Assembly (NCBI RefSeq): GCF_001194135.2
Contig: NC_068989.1
Location: forward strand, 57,872,482-57,936,481
Origin: Octopus bimaculoides
Taxonomy: Eukaryota
Length of the DNA stretch: 64,000 nucleotides
Direction: 5' to 3'
In this document: piece by piece, positions 11,676 to 23,878 of the stretch
Layout: the number at the start of each line of letters is the position of its first letter
Position numbering within the stretch: position 1 is the first letter of the stretch
The notes under the pieces: model-generated
Told to the model about the DNA's origin: nothing
The model's input: only the letters and a program-made list of their open reading frames with translations
Databases searched by the model: none
Translations under genes and position numbers: made by a program

Positions 11676-12329
11676 TCATCATTTAACACCAATAACCAAT
11701 ACTGTAGATGTAAAAAACATTTTTTGATGATCATCTGTTTTATTTTAAATTTCTTTGTTGTTCTACATTGTAGATATCAACAAGCTATACCAAGGGCATT
11801 TTTGTATCTGTCACAACATAGGTGTATAATCTACGAAGATATACAGAATAAAAATGAGGAACGAACGTAATAATAGTTTTGCTGCAGTGTCTGTATAAAA
11901 ATGTCTAATTGCGGGTATTTTTAAAAGTTTATGGGATAATCCAATAGATCATCTTTAATTTCCTATGCGGTAATTCTAAGAATTGAGGAGGTGTAATTTG
12001 ACAGAAATTGGAAGTTTAATACCAGCAGTCTACAATTACATAAATAACAAATATTTGAGTGATTATATTACAACCATCAACTTGAAAATGAATACAAATA
12101 GAAACCAGAACAACAATGAAATATAAACATCATTAAAACTATGCTTTAATTATGTATATTTATCAAGTTACAGTCACAGGCACAGCTATGTGATTAATAT
12201 ATTTGTTTCATAATTACATGGTTCTGGAATCAGCCCCAGGCCAACCAAAGTTTTGTGAGTGGTTTTGGTAGATGAAAATCAAAAAGAGCCCTTTATATAT
12301 GTTCTGGCATGTAGACAAGCTTGAAAATT

Positions 12330-12468
12330 CATGCCCTTATCTTTGAACAGGGCTTTAGACTCAATTTAGAAGATTATGTGAAGCTGCTAAAGACTGTGAT
12401 CAATCTCTGCCTGGAGAAGGCTACTGCTGGAAGACCACATGTGTGGCAGCAGGATTCAGCTCCTTGCT
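12330..12468 (+). mobile_element. maT/Tc1-like transposase fragment truncated by an RTE insertion
   Basis: 'IFEQGFRLNLEDYVKLLKTVI…AGRPHVWQQDSAP' matches the element at 27241-27925. Confidence 0.65.
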
Positions 12469-12469
12469 C

Positions 12470-14503
12470 AAAATATCTGGCAGTGTTGGCTATAGCCTAG
12501 TCCCCCATATAGTTAACCAAGTGATACACGAAGGAGTCATACCCAATGACTGGTGTAGCAACACCATAGTCAACTGTTACAAAGGTAAAAAGTGACACTT
12601 TAAATACAAATAATTAAAGAGGTATCAAGTCATTAGATCAGGTAATGAAAATCACGGATAGGGTCATAGCCCAACTAATTAAGGAGAGAGTCAGTTTAGA
12701 TGAGATGCAGTTTGGGTTCATGCCAGGGAAAAGGACCACTGATGCTATATTTCTGGTAAGACAGCTGCAGGAGAAATACCTAACCAAAGATAAACCTCTG
12801 TACCTGGCTTTCGTTGACATGGAGAAAGCCTTTAACAGGGTCCCCCGATCCCTTATTTAGTGGTCAATGAGGAAACTAAAGGATACATGAATGGTTAGTG
12901 AGAGCTGTGCGAGCCATGTACAGGGACACTGTCAGTAAGGTAAGGGTTGGCAACGAGTACAGTGAAGAATTCCAGGTAGAGGTAGGAGTCCATCAAGGTT
13001 CAGTCCTCAGCCCCCTCCTATTTATCATAGTCCTCCAGGCAATAACAGAGGAATTCAAGACAGGATGCCCCTGGGAGCTCCTCTATGCTGATGACCTTAC
13101 TCTAATTGCTGAGTCACTATCAGAACTAGAGAAGTTTCAGGTGTGGAAGCAAGGATTAGAATCGAAGGGCCTTAGAGTCAATCTAACAAAAACCTAAGTC
13201 CTAATAAGTAGGAAGGTAAACAAACCACAAACCCCTTCAGGTAGATGCCCTGCTCGATCTGTAGAAAAGGCGTAGGTAGAAACTCTATGAGATGTACCCA
13301 GTGTAAGCTATGGACACATAAGAGGTGCAGCAATATCAAAGGAAGGCTAACTAGGAAGATAGTTTTTGTATGTGGCAGATGCTCAGGAATAATAAACACT
13401 GAAAATGTCCAGAGAATAACTTCTGCCACATTCCAGGGAGAAAAACTAGAAGTAGTTGATAGCTTCCGTTACCTAGGTGACCAAGTCAGTAGCAGGGGAG
13501 GGTGCACTGAAAGTGTAGCTGCTAGAATAATAATAGCCTGAGCGAAGTTCAGAGAACTCTTACCTCTACTGGTGACAAAGTGCCTCTCGCCCAGAGTAAA
13601 AGGCAAACTGTATGACGCATGTGTACGAACAGCTATGCTACACGGCAGTGAAACATGGGCTGTGACTGCTGAGGTCATGCATAAGCTCGCAAGGAATGAA
13701 GCCAGTATGCTCTGCTGGATGTGTAATGTCAGTGTGCATACTCGACAGAGTGTAAGTATCTTGAGAGAAAAGTTGGACATAAGAAGCATCAGTTGTGGTG
13801 TGCAAGAGAGACAATTGCGTTGGTACGGTCATGTGGCGAGAATGGATGAGGATAGCTGTGTGAAAAAGTGCCGCACCCTAGTGGTTGAGGGAACCTGTGG
13901 AAGAGGTAGACCCAGGAAGACCTGAGATGAGGTGGTGAAGCACGACATTTGAACATTAGGCCTCACCGAGGCAATGACTAATGACCAAGACCTTTGGAAA
14001 GATGCTGTGCTTGAGAAGACCCAGCAAGCTAAGTGAGACCATAACTTGTGGCTTTTACCAGGCGCTAACAGCACCATCCGAGCAGGACCATTGCCAGAGC
14101 AGCTGTCTGGCTTCCGTGCCGGTGGCACATTAAAAGCACCATTTGAGCGTGATCATTACCAGCGTCATCTTACTGGCACTTGTGCCGGTGGTACGAGAAC
14201 AAAACATTCGAGCAAGGTCGTTGCCAGTGCTGCTGGACTGCTTCCTGTGCAGGTGGCGCATAAAAAACACCATTTGAGCATGGCCATTGCCAGTACCACC
14301 TGACTAGCCCTCGTTCCGGTTGCACGTAAAAGCACCCACTACACTCTCAGAGTGGTTGGCGTTAGGAAGGGCATCCAGCTGTAGAAACTCTGCCAGATCA
14401 GATTGGAGCCTGGTGCAGCCATCTGGTTCGCCAGTCCTCAGTCAAATCATCCAACCCATGCTGGCATGGAAAGCAAATGTTAAACGATGATGATGATGAT
14501 GAT
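12470..14503 (+). mobile_element. 5'-truncated RTE LINE (copy A): RT + C-terminus + 3' UTR + (GAT)n
   Basis: 'QFGFMPGKRTTDAIFLVRQLQEKY', 'AFVDMEKAF', 'GVHQGSVLSPLLF', 'LLYADD', 'QLRWYGHV', 'GRGRPRKT'; several stops and frameshifts. Confidence 0.92.
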
Positions 14504-14521
14504 AATATATATATATATATT

Positions 14522-14554
<33 letters not shown>

Positions 14555-14639
14555 AACTAATAAAGTAAATATAATTTACAAAAATATTTTGCAGTTTTAT
14601 TTTGATTAAAATATCAGCATCTTTGGAGCAAAGCCTTTA

Positions 14640-15235
14640 AATGCTGTCGCCTGCTTTAGCATCTGTGACTGTCATGCACTCCCACTACATCTGTTGTTTT
14701 ACTCTTTTTTCCCTCCAGCATGGCAAACAGAGGCCTACACACAATTTCCAAAAAGTTATCATTCTCGACACAATCAGTATCTCACACAACTGAAACCCTA
14801 ATATCTTTTTAGTGAGCTGAAAGCAGTTTTGACACAGATACACGTCTCATACCCAAGTCTTCAGTAATAATGGACTGAACTAAACCGTAACTAATCTGCA
14901 TATCCTCCGATAACTCATGGATGATGATTCGACGATTTCCCCTCACAGCTGCACTCATATCTGCAATGTTTTTCTCGGTTCTGCTGGTTGCGGGTCTCCC
15001 AGAACATTCGCCAATATCAACATTATTTCGGCCATCCTGGAAACATCTGAACCGCTCATACACTTGTGTGCGGCTCATAAACCCCTCTCCATACACTTTC
15101 TGCAATTCTGCATAGGCCTCTGAGCAGGTATCACTTTGACAACTTTTTCTGTCATGGTCAATGCGACAATCAATCATTACACACATTCCTTCGAAGCACT
15201 GCTCTAAACAGCAAAAGTGAGCTAGAACCTAACCA
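14640..15235 (-). mobile_element. Degenerate mariner-like fragment
   Basis: ORF 15186-14809 'TCSEAYAELQKVYGEGFMSRTQVYERF…SGRP…NRRIIIHELSEDMQISYGLVQSIITEDLGMRRVS'. Confidence 0.8.
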
Positions 15236-15939
15236 GAAAATTTAGCAAAAAAAAATGGAAGTTAGTTTTTCTTGAAACATTTTTCAGATCGATTTTTAAG
15301 CACCACTCTCTATACCTGAGTACACCGATGAAAAAATAGACGGAGAGCGGGGTTGACAGACATCGCCCCAATTTTCTTCAACGATCCCACCCCACCCCAG
15401 GAAGGTGCTACCCACCACTTTTGGGAACTACTGATCTACATCTGAAACGTAGAATTTTCATTTAAAAATATTCATTTTTTTTTTTAAGTTATGAGCAAAT
15501 AAAGTCGGTGGGAGGCACACATGTGTAGGTATGCCCATATCCTGTGAGTGTGTATGTGTGTCCCCCATCAATGTTTGACAACTGGTGTGTGTTTACGTCC
15601 CCGTAACTTAGTAGTTCGGCAAGAGAGACTGATAGACTAAGTACCAGGCTTAAATAAAATAAGTACTGAGAGCGATTTGTTTGACTAAAATCCTTCAATT
15701 CGGCGCCCTAGCATGGCCGCACTCTACTAAACTGAAACAAGTAACTGCCCGTCAACACGAACAAAAAACGTATATACACTCGTGTATTGAGTATTGTGTG
15801 TGTGTAAATAGGAAGATAAGTATTTATGTCTCTATATATGTATATACGTACGCATGAGATACGTGTATGAAATAAGCTTTATACTTTGCTTTTTTAATTC
15901 TTTTCCTAAATATTCCTTAAATAAAAACGATTGACTTAC

Positions 15940-15955
15940 CTTTCAAGGCCTCCAT
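15940..15955 (-). CDS. Candidate start-codon exon (MEALK + G) of the unidentified minus-strand gene
   Basis: ATG at 15955 followed by the consensus donor AAAG|GTAAGT at 15939; lies in the CpG-richer unique island. Confidence 0.4.
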
Positions 15956-15959
15956 CGTA

Positions 15960-16470
15960 AAACAACTATATTTCTGATTATGTGTGTGTTCCGCTTGATA
16001 ACAAGTTACTTTTATATATTGTTAACTACACATTATTAATAAAACAAGGTGTCCACAAAATATCACATCATCGGCTTTGATAGATTCTTACTTCAGGATA
16101 TCCGAGCGCCACAAGTATGAGAGAAATATGTGCTCATTTAGACTTGAATAACTAAATACCAGCAACCAGGAAATTAGAAAAACAAAAATTAATTTTAAAT
16201 ATATATATAAAAAAAGAATAAAAAATGTGGATGACACTTGTTATTGCTGTTGTTATTGCTGTTGATTAACCAACACCCACTAAGTGTTACTTAATTGGAG
16301 TGTCTTATTGTTTGAAGAGGGAGATGTTTTGGGAAATTCTGCGGATATAGTATTTGTTGTTAACAATACGACTTGATGGAATTAACAATAACAATGATTA
16401 ATATCGACATGTGGAAATAAAAGTCGATGTTGGGCGCACCAAACTGTAGTTTATGCCTCTTTATTCCAGG
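15960..16470. promoter_or_regulatory. Putative bidirectional promoter / first-exon region
   Basis: Repeat-free stretch with visibly more CpG than the flanks; donors point away on both strands (minus GAA|GTAAGA at about 16091, plus CAA|GTATGA at 16115). Confidence 0.4.
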
Positions 16471-16738
16471 ATTTTATTTTTAATTCTCAAGCGTACAATT
16501 ATTCTCTCTCTCCCTCCCTCGTTTCTCACTGTCTCTTTTCTCTCTCACCCTCTCTTTCTATGTATGTATGTATGTATGTATTTATCTATCTATCTATCTA
16601 TCTAATTCCCCTCCTTTGTCAAATTTGTCATTATCGCTCAGTTTAATATGTGCTATCTATCGTTTCCACGGTTACAACGGACGTTAGACATTTTTAATAT
16701 CTTCAATCAACACACATTGACTATTCTTCTTTTTCTAG

Positions 16739-16823
16739 TTTGGAAAAAGTGCCCATGACCTTTACAGAGAGGTTTCTTTCTAAAGGCACCCAAAGACTTG
16801 GTGACATTAAATCGGGCGACAGA
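16739..16823 (+). other. Splice-bounded candidate exon (85 nt); frame 'LEKVPMTFTERFLSKGTQRLGDIKSGDR' is open
   Basis: Strong acceptor cttctttttctAG (16737-38) and donor AGA|GTAAGT (16824). The antisense frame is also open, so strand and coding status are uncertain. Confidence 0.4.
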
Positions 16824-16949
16824 GTAAGTCCTATAAATGGACTATTATACTAACAGTCATTCATACACACACACACACACACATACACACACAACTGGGT
16901 TTCACGGAGAAAGAACAAAAGAAACTGACGTGAATTCTCCAAATCCAAT

Positions 16950-17620
16950 TTATTAGTGGCACAATTTATTAGTAAGACATTCCAAAATTCTCCATCTGAG
17001 ATTCTTAGATGTTTGCATCAACAGTTCAACCAACACACCAACTCAACCACATATCTACCAACACTGGGAACTCATTTAACTCAAAAAGTATTGTCGCTTA
17101 GTTAGCAACTGGCTTGAAGTCTCTCAAGAAGAACTTGAATAAAACTCAATTTTTTTTACAAAATGCTTGTTATTATTTTAGTACTTTAAAAGTGTTTTCA
17201 TCATCATTGAATACTTTCCTTCTTCAAATTGAACATAAATAGCTTATATCTAAAAAAGAAAAAAAGGAAGTCCATATCCAGTACCAAACAACATTTCATT
17301 AGACTCCAGCTTTGGATTGAAAAGCTTGAGAACTCCCTCCAGTTGACATGGGAATCTCCCACTGCTGATGATCTCCTTCCTGGCACAGAAACTTCATTAA
17401 TTCAATGGAAGACATTCATCTGTCAGAGAAAAAGAACAGGGAAAAAGTTGCTTTGGTCAAATGAGACAAGACCAGCCCAACTACCTGTGAATGTGAAGTA
17501 ACAGACTACATTATAGACCACTGCCTTTTTTGTCCTCTACAATCCAAACCTTGCAGCACAAAAGAACCTTGCAGAGCTCAATAAAAATGGAAAGAACTGT
17601 GTAACAAAATGGGAAACGGA
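16950..17620 (+). mobile_element. Old non-LTR retrotransposon 3' remnant with C-terminal Cys/His finger
   Basis: 'KVALVK*DKTSPTTCECEVTDYIIDHCLFCP' (CxC…H…C) preceded by a 'QWKTF…KRTGK' segment; clade not determined. Confidence 0.55.
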
Positions 17621-18677
17621 TTACCTTTTTACTGCAGAAATCAGATATGTCCACAAAAAATTTCATTACACTTAACTGTGAAACCCAGTATTAAATACCT
17701 ATCTATCTATCGTTGAGATGTCAAGTTTACTGAGACAATGTAACTTGCAGAAAATAAATAATTCTAATTTCTGGTAGATATCTAACATCATTACTAGAAT
17801 AATGATGAAATTTAATTTTGCAGTTGAAGGGTTAAATAACACTTAATAACCATTAGGCTGGCTTGCTTCAATAGGTTCCATTGAACCTTATGGTGTGTGA
17901 CCAATTGAATTGACATTTTTTCTTTCTTCTTTTTCCTTTTTTTTACTCCTTTTTCTTTCTTTCTTCACTCATGTTTGTGTTTTCTTCAGTTTTGGATTTC
18001 TATTTTAATGTTCTTTTGTATTATCCATGTGCCATATACATACATTTTAAATTCCAATAAAGTGTAGGACAAACAAAGGTTTAGCACAGAATTCAGATTG
18101 AAAAGAACAAATTTTACCAGTTTCAGTCATTGGACTGCAGCTGTTTTGATGCGCTAACTTCAATAGTTTGGCGAATCTATAGATGCCAGTACTTACTTTC
18201 AAATGGTACTTCTTTCTTTTTATCAGTCTCTGTTTGTAGAACTGTTACAGGACATAAAAGGAGCACACATAAAAATAGAAACAAACATATATATGAAAAG
18301 ACCAAAGATCTAATCAAGAAGATGGGATGAAAGACATATTTCTTTAATAAAAAGAATGCAGTTACTACTAAAGAAAACCAGTTGAATTACATATATGGTA
18401 AATTCTTTTCATAAAACTAGGCATTAAACACATTTGTATCTCATCATTTTAATATGATGCAAAGATTTTTTTTTTTTTGCTTAAATACGTACCACTTTCA
18501 AGACATTTTATACAAACCAAATTTCAAAACTCCAAACACATCCATGTTTATTCAGACAAACTAAAAATATATACAAAATTGATAGTCACACATACTCTAT
18601 GTGGGCAGTTTTCTAAGAAGGGAGATAATAGGTTTTAGATGCCGTAATTTTCATCATCTAACAAGACATGTTTTTAT

Positions 18678-20714
18678 TCATCATCATCATTTAACGTGCG
18701 CTTTCCATGCTGGCATGAGTTGGACGATTTGTCTGAGGACTGGCGAAACAGATGGCTGCACCAGGCTCCAATCTGATCTGGCAGAGTTTTTACAGCTGGA
18801 TGCCCTTCCTAATGCCAATCACTCCGAGAGTGTAGTGGGTGCTTTTACGTGCAACTGGGACGAGGGCCAGTCAGGCAGTACTGGCAACAACCATGCTCAA
18901 GTAGTGTTTTTTACGTGCCACCTGCACAGGAGCTAGTCCAGCGGCACTGGCAACCACTTCACTTGAATATTTTTTCACGTGCCACCAGCACAAGTGCCAG
19001 TAAGGCAACGCTGGTAACAATTACGCTTGAATGGTGCTTTTTTACATGCCACCGGTAACGGAAGCCAGTCAGCTGCTCTGGCAATGATCACACACAGATG
19101 ATGCTCTTAGCACTCCAGTAGCATGGATGCCAGTCATTGAATTTGATTTCGATTTCACTTGCCTCAACACATCTTCACAAGCAGAGTTTAGTGTCCAATG
19201 AAGGAAAGGTACATATAAGTGGGCTGGTTACACCCCTGGCATAGGCCATGGGTTATGGTCTCACTTGGCTTGCTGGGTCTTCCCAATCACAGCATATTTC
19301 CAAAGGTCTTGGTCACTAGTCATTGCCTCGGTGAGGCCTAATGTTCAAAGGTCGTGCATCACCACCTCATTCCAGGTCTTCCTGGGTCTTCCTCTTCCAC
19401 AGATTCCCCCAACCACTAGAGTGTGGCACTTTTTCACACAGCTATCCTCATCCATTCTCACCATATGACCATACCAGCGCAGTTGTCTCTCTTGCACACC
19501 ACATCTGATGCTTTTTATGTCCAACTTTCCTCTCAAGATACTTACACTCTGTCAAGTGTGCACACTGACATTACACATCCAGCGGAGCATACTGGATTCA
19601 TTCTTTGCAAGCTTATGCATGTCCTCAGCAGTCACAGCCCATGTTTCACTGCCAGGTAGCATGGCTGTTTGTACACATGCATCATACAGTCTACCTTTTA
19701 CTCTGAGCAAGAGGCCCTTTGTCACCAGCAGAAGTAAGAGCTCTCTGAACTTTGCCCAGGCTATTCTTATTCTAGCAGCTACACTTTCAGTGCACCCTCC
19801 CCTGCTACTGACTTAGTCACCTAGGTAACGGAAGCTATCAACAATTCTAGTTTTTCTCCCTGGAATGTGGCAGAAGTTGTTCTCTTCACATTTTCAGTGT
19901 TTATTGCTCCTGAGCATCTGCCACATACAAAAACTATCTTTCCAGTTAACCTTCCTTTGATATTGCTGCACCTCTTATGTGTCCATAGATTACACTGGGT
20001 ACATCTCATAGAGTTTCTACCTATGCCTTTTCTACAGATCGAGCAGGGCCATCTACCCGAAGGGACTTTGGTTTTACCTAGGTTGACTCTAAGGCTCTTT
20101 GATTCTAGTCCTTATTTCCACACCTGAAGCTTCTCCACTAGTTCTGATAGTGACTCAGCAATTAGAGCAAGGTCATTAGCATAGAGGAGCTCCCAGGGGC
20201 ATCCTGTCTTGAATTCCTCTGTTATTGCCTGGAGGACTATGATAAATAAGAGGGGGCTGAGGACTGAACTTTGATGGACCCCTACCTTTCACTAACCATT
20301 CATCTATCCCTAGTTTCCTCATTGACCACCAGATAAGGGATTGGGGGACCCTGTCAAAGACTTTCTCCATGTCAATAAAAGCCAGGTACAGAGGTTTATC
20401 TTTGGCTAGGTATTTCTCCTGCAGCTGTCTTACCAGAAATATAGCATCAGTGGTGCTTTTCCCTGGCACAAACCCAAACTGCATCTCATCTAGACTGACT
20501 CTCTCCCTAATTAGTTGGGCTATGACCCTCTCCGTGATCTTCATTACCTGATCCAACAATTTGATACCTCTGTAATTATTTGTATCTAAAGCGTCACTTT
20601 TTACCTTTGTAGCAGTTGACTATGGTGTTGCTACACCAGTCATTGGGTATGACTCCTTCGTGTATCACTTGGTTAACTATATGGGTGACTAGGCTATAAC
20701 CAACACCGCCAGAT
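18678..20714 (-). mobile_element. 5'-truncated RTE LINE (copy B), inverted relative to copy A
   Basis: Same RT and C-terminal motifs on minus ('QFGFVPGKSTTDAIFLVRQLQEKY'); roughly 80-bp internal deletion near 20285; (GAT)n tail at 18678-18690. Confidence 0.92.
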
Positions 20715-21283
20715 TGGTTATAGAATAATAGTAGAGAATGAAAAGAAAGAATGATATGATAATATAGATAATAATAATAACAATCAAAATTGAAACAGCT
20801 AAAAATAATAAATGTATTTGAGATTCTAATTAACTCAAAATTACGAATAGCTGACTGTTTCTGGAAAATCCAGCCAGTAATGTTACTTTTACACAGTGTA
20901 ACTTATATCCTGTTGTGATAGATCTGTAGAATGAAATATACAAATTCATTGTATTATACAGAATGCATAAATGTCACAGCTCACCGAGTCAATGAGAAGG
21001 ACAGAAGAAACAGTTTATTTGCAATAAAATAAACACTGAATTCTCAATAGGCAAGGTAATTTACCTCAAAATAAGGGCAAACATATAGTTTAATGCTTTC
21101 CCTCCAAACTTTGTTTTTATAACTTTGACTAATAATGCTTAGTTTACAATGAAAATTTATAGATTCTAAAGGTGTAAATTACAATTAAGTTGGGGAAATT
21201 TTTTAAATTAATTTTTATATGTTTTTTAAAATTTTGAAAGAAAATAGATCTATACAATTTTAACCATTTAACTTGCTTATGGT

Positions 21284-21394
21284 TGTAGCAGAGCTACATA
21301 TTATATAGTAATATGTGAGTTGACCTGCACAGCAGATGAATATATCAATGAGGTGTCTAGCCTTGCTTTGATACAGTAACCTCGTTCTGACACA
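21284..21394 (+). repeat. 5' LTR (111 bp)
   Basis: tgtagcagagctac…ttctgacaca; 11 mismatches to the 3' LTR by manual alignment. Confidence 0.85.
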
Positions 21395-23767
21395 TTAGCC
21401 TCGTTCTGAGTTACACTATAGAAAACTCTCAGTTCCTGCTGGGTTTCAGTTAAAGACACATGTCTTCTCTGCAGCTCCACGTGCAATCTCCCATGTGTGA
21501 CTGCCATGCCTATTCACCTCGACACAACATATATGGTTCATAAACGAAGATATTTTATCACACACACATTCTCAAAATGACTGTTCTCATTACACACCTG
21601 CATACATACTGTAATACAAATATCATATGTTACCTCTTTCAGTGCAAAAACAAAAATCAAAACTTTCTTTGTATCTAAACACACGTCTTTGTATCATACT
21701 ACATGCTTGGACTCCACCCAACTTGACTCCTTCAACACAGCAAAGCAGCAACTCACTCATGCATCACTTCTTGGCCACCCTGTCACGGACGCTCAGCTAC
21801 ACCTTGTAGTGGATGCATCCAACACTGCCATAGGCATGGTGTTACAACAATTTCACCAGCAATAATTCCAGCCTCTTACCTTTTTCTCTCGGCAGCTCAA
21901 ACCAGCTGAAACTCACTATAGTACTTTTGGACAGGAGCTGTTTGCTATGTATTCAGCAGTCAAATATTTCTGGCACACACTCGAGGGATGCCAATTCGTG
22001 ATTTTTATGGACCACCATCCACTCACCTTTACCCTGTGCTCGAAGCCTGACAAGTACTCTCTGCGGGAAACCAGGCACTTGGATTTCATTTCCCAATTTA
22101 CCACCGACATCCATCATATTTCTGGTGTAGATAACACTGCAGCAGACGCCTTATTGCGCCTACCACTGAACTCACTGTCATCACCTACAGACATCAACCT
22201 GCATCTCCTGGCTAAAGATCAATCTTGCTTTAAGACAAATGATATATCCTCACTCACCTTTGCCACATGCAACTTCAAGTACTTCCCAGTACCCACAGCT
22301 GATGCACAGATTTTGTGCGATGCTTCCATGAATTCTCCTCGTCCTTTTGTTCTGGAGATTCACACACAAACAGTCTCCAACATACTGCATAATCTGTCAC
22401 CGCCACAGTGAAACTCATTTAGGCTAAATTCTTTTGGCCAAATATGAGATGAGACATCACTGCTTGGTCATGCTCCTGCCTTTTCTGTCAGAAGTCAAAG
22501 GTGCATAGCCACATCCATGCACCCCTTGGCACATTCAACACCCTGGATGTGCATTTCAACCATGTACACATCGACCTTGTCAGACCTTGGCCAGTCAGCC
22601 AGGGATATACTTACCTGCTCACCTGCATTGAATATTTCACACATTGGCTAGAATCTATTCCTTTGGTAGATATCACTGCAGAATCTGTTGCCAAAGCTTT
22701 TCTCACAGGATGGATATCATGGTACAGAGTCTATACCACCATCACTACAGACCATGGAAAACAGTTTGAATCACAACTCTTCCACAAGCTCATGTAGACC
22801 ATAGGTATACGTTGAATTCGAACAGCCAGTTACCATCCACAATCCAATGGTATGGTGGAACGATTCCACTGTCAAATGAAAGCTGCTTTGCGTGCTTACT
22901 CAGATCAGCAGCGTTGGAGCAAATATCTTCCAATAGTCCTTCTTGGCTGTCGAGCCTTGATAAAGGAGGATCTTGGTTATTCCCCAGCAGAACTTGTTTA
23001 TGGCACACCTCTTTCATTGCCAGGCTAGATGTTGGCCCCAGTGGATCTATCCACACAAGACCCTACTACATGCAAGAACTGCCACCCATGTCAACACGAC
23101 ACCAAACCACTAAATCATCAGTTCCAAAAGACATTGTGTTTCTATGAAACAATGCTGTGAAAACCCCTCTCACACCTCCATACATGGGATCCTAGCACGT
23201 CCTGTTGCACACAGACAAATTATATACCATAGACATTAATGGTAAAAAAGGAAACTGTCTCAAAAGACAGGCTTAAGCGGGCATACACAGACAGTGATAC
23301 AATACCACCTCATACACCTCCCACATTCACAGTACAACATAAAACAAAAACTACCCCACTGCAACCACCACTACCATCATCACACACACTGACCCCTCCT
23401 CCATCTACATACATCACTACGACTCGTAGTGGTTGCTGTGTACATTGGCCCACCAAGCTGTCTAAAACTATATACATCTGAACTATAATGAATTATTTGT
23501 GAACTTACCAAAGACTTTTCAACATGTCACCAACAACACAGTTTTTTTTTTAACTTTACCTAATCGACTTGAACATTTTCCTTATTTCTTTGTGTTCATA
23601 TCCTATTTATCCTTACCATGCTCTGCCTTTTCATTTCAGTTTCTCATTAGTTGTTGTATGCATCCTTCTGTTTGTATTCCATGTTCTTACCTGCTTTTTG
23701 CACTGCATATTTACATACGTCACCTCTATTTTCTTTTTTTTACTTTTTCAAGTCTAGCAGGAGGCTA

Positions 23768-23878
23768 TGTGGCAGAGCTACATATTGCATAGTAATATGT
23801 GAGTTGACCTGCACAGCAGACGAATATAGCAACGAGGTATCTAGCCTCACTTTGATACAGTAGCCTCGTTCTGAGACA
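23768..23878 (+). repeat. 3' LTR (111 bp)
   Basis: tgtggcagagctac…ttctgagaca. Confidence 0.85.

Larger units (their letters stand above)
21284..23878 (+). mobile_element. Ty3/Gypsy LTR retrotransposon remnant (RNase H + integrase; gag, PR and most RT missing)
   Basis: RNase H 'LVVDASNTAIG…ETHYSTFGQELFAMYSAVKYF…FMDHHPL'; integrase 'HVHIDLV', 'TTDHGKQFES', 'YHPQSNGMVERFH'; two 111-bp TG…CA LTRs; purine tract agcaggaggc before the 3' LTR. Confidence 0.9.

Noticed and set aside
11774-11871. Plus-strand exon-like ORF YQQAIPRAFLYLSQHRCIIYEDIQNKNEERT*
   Set aside because: No upstream plus-strand partner exon found; competes with a minus-strand reading of the same bases; unsupported.
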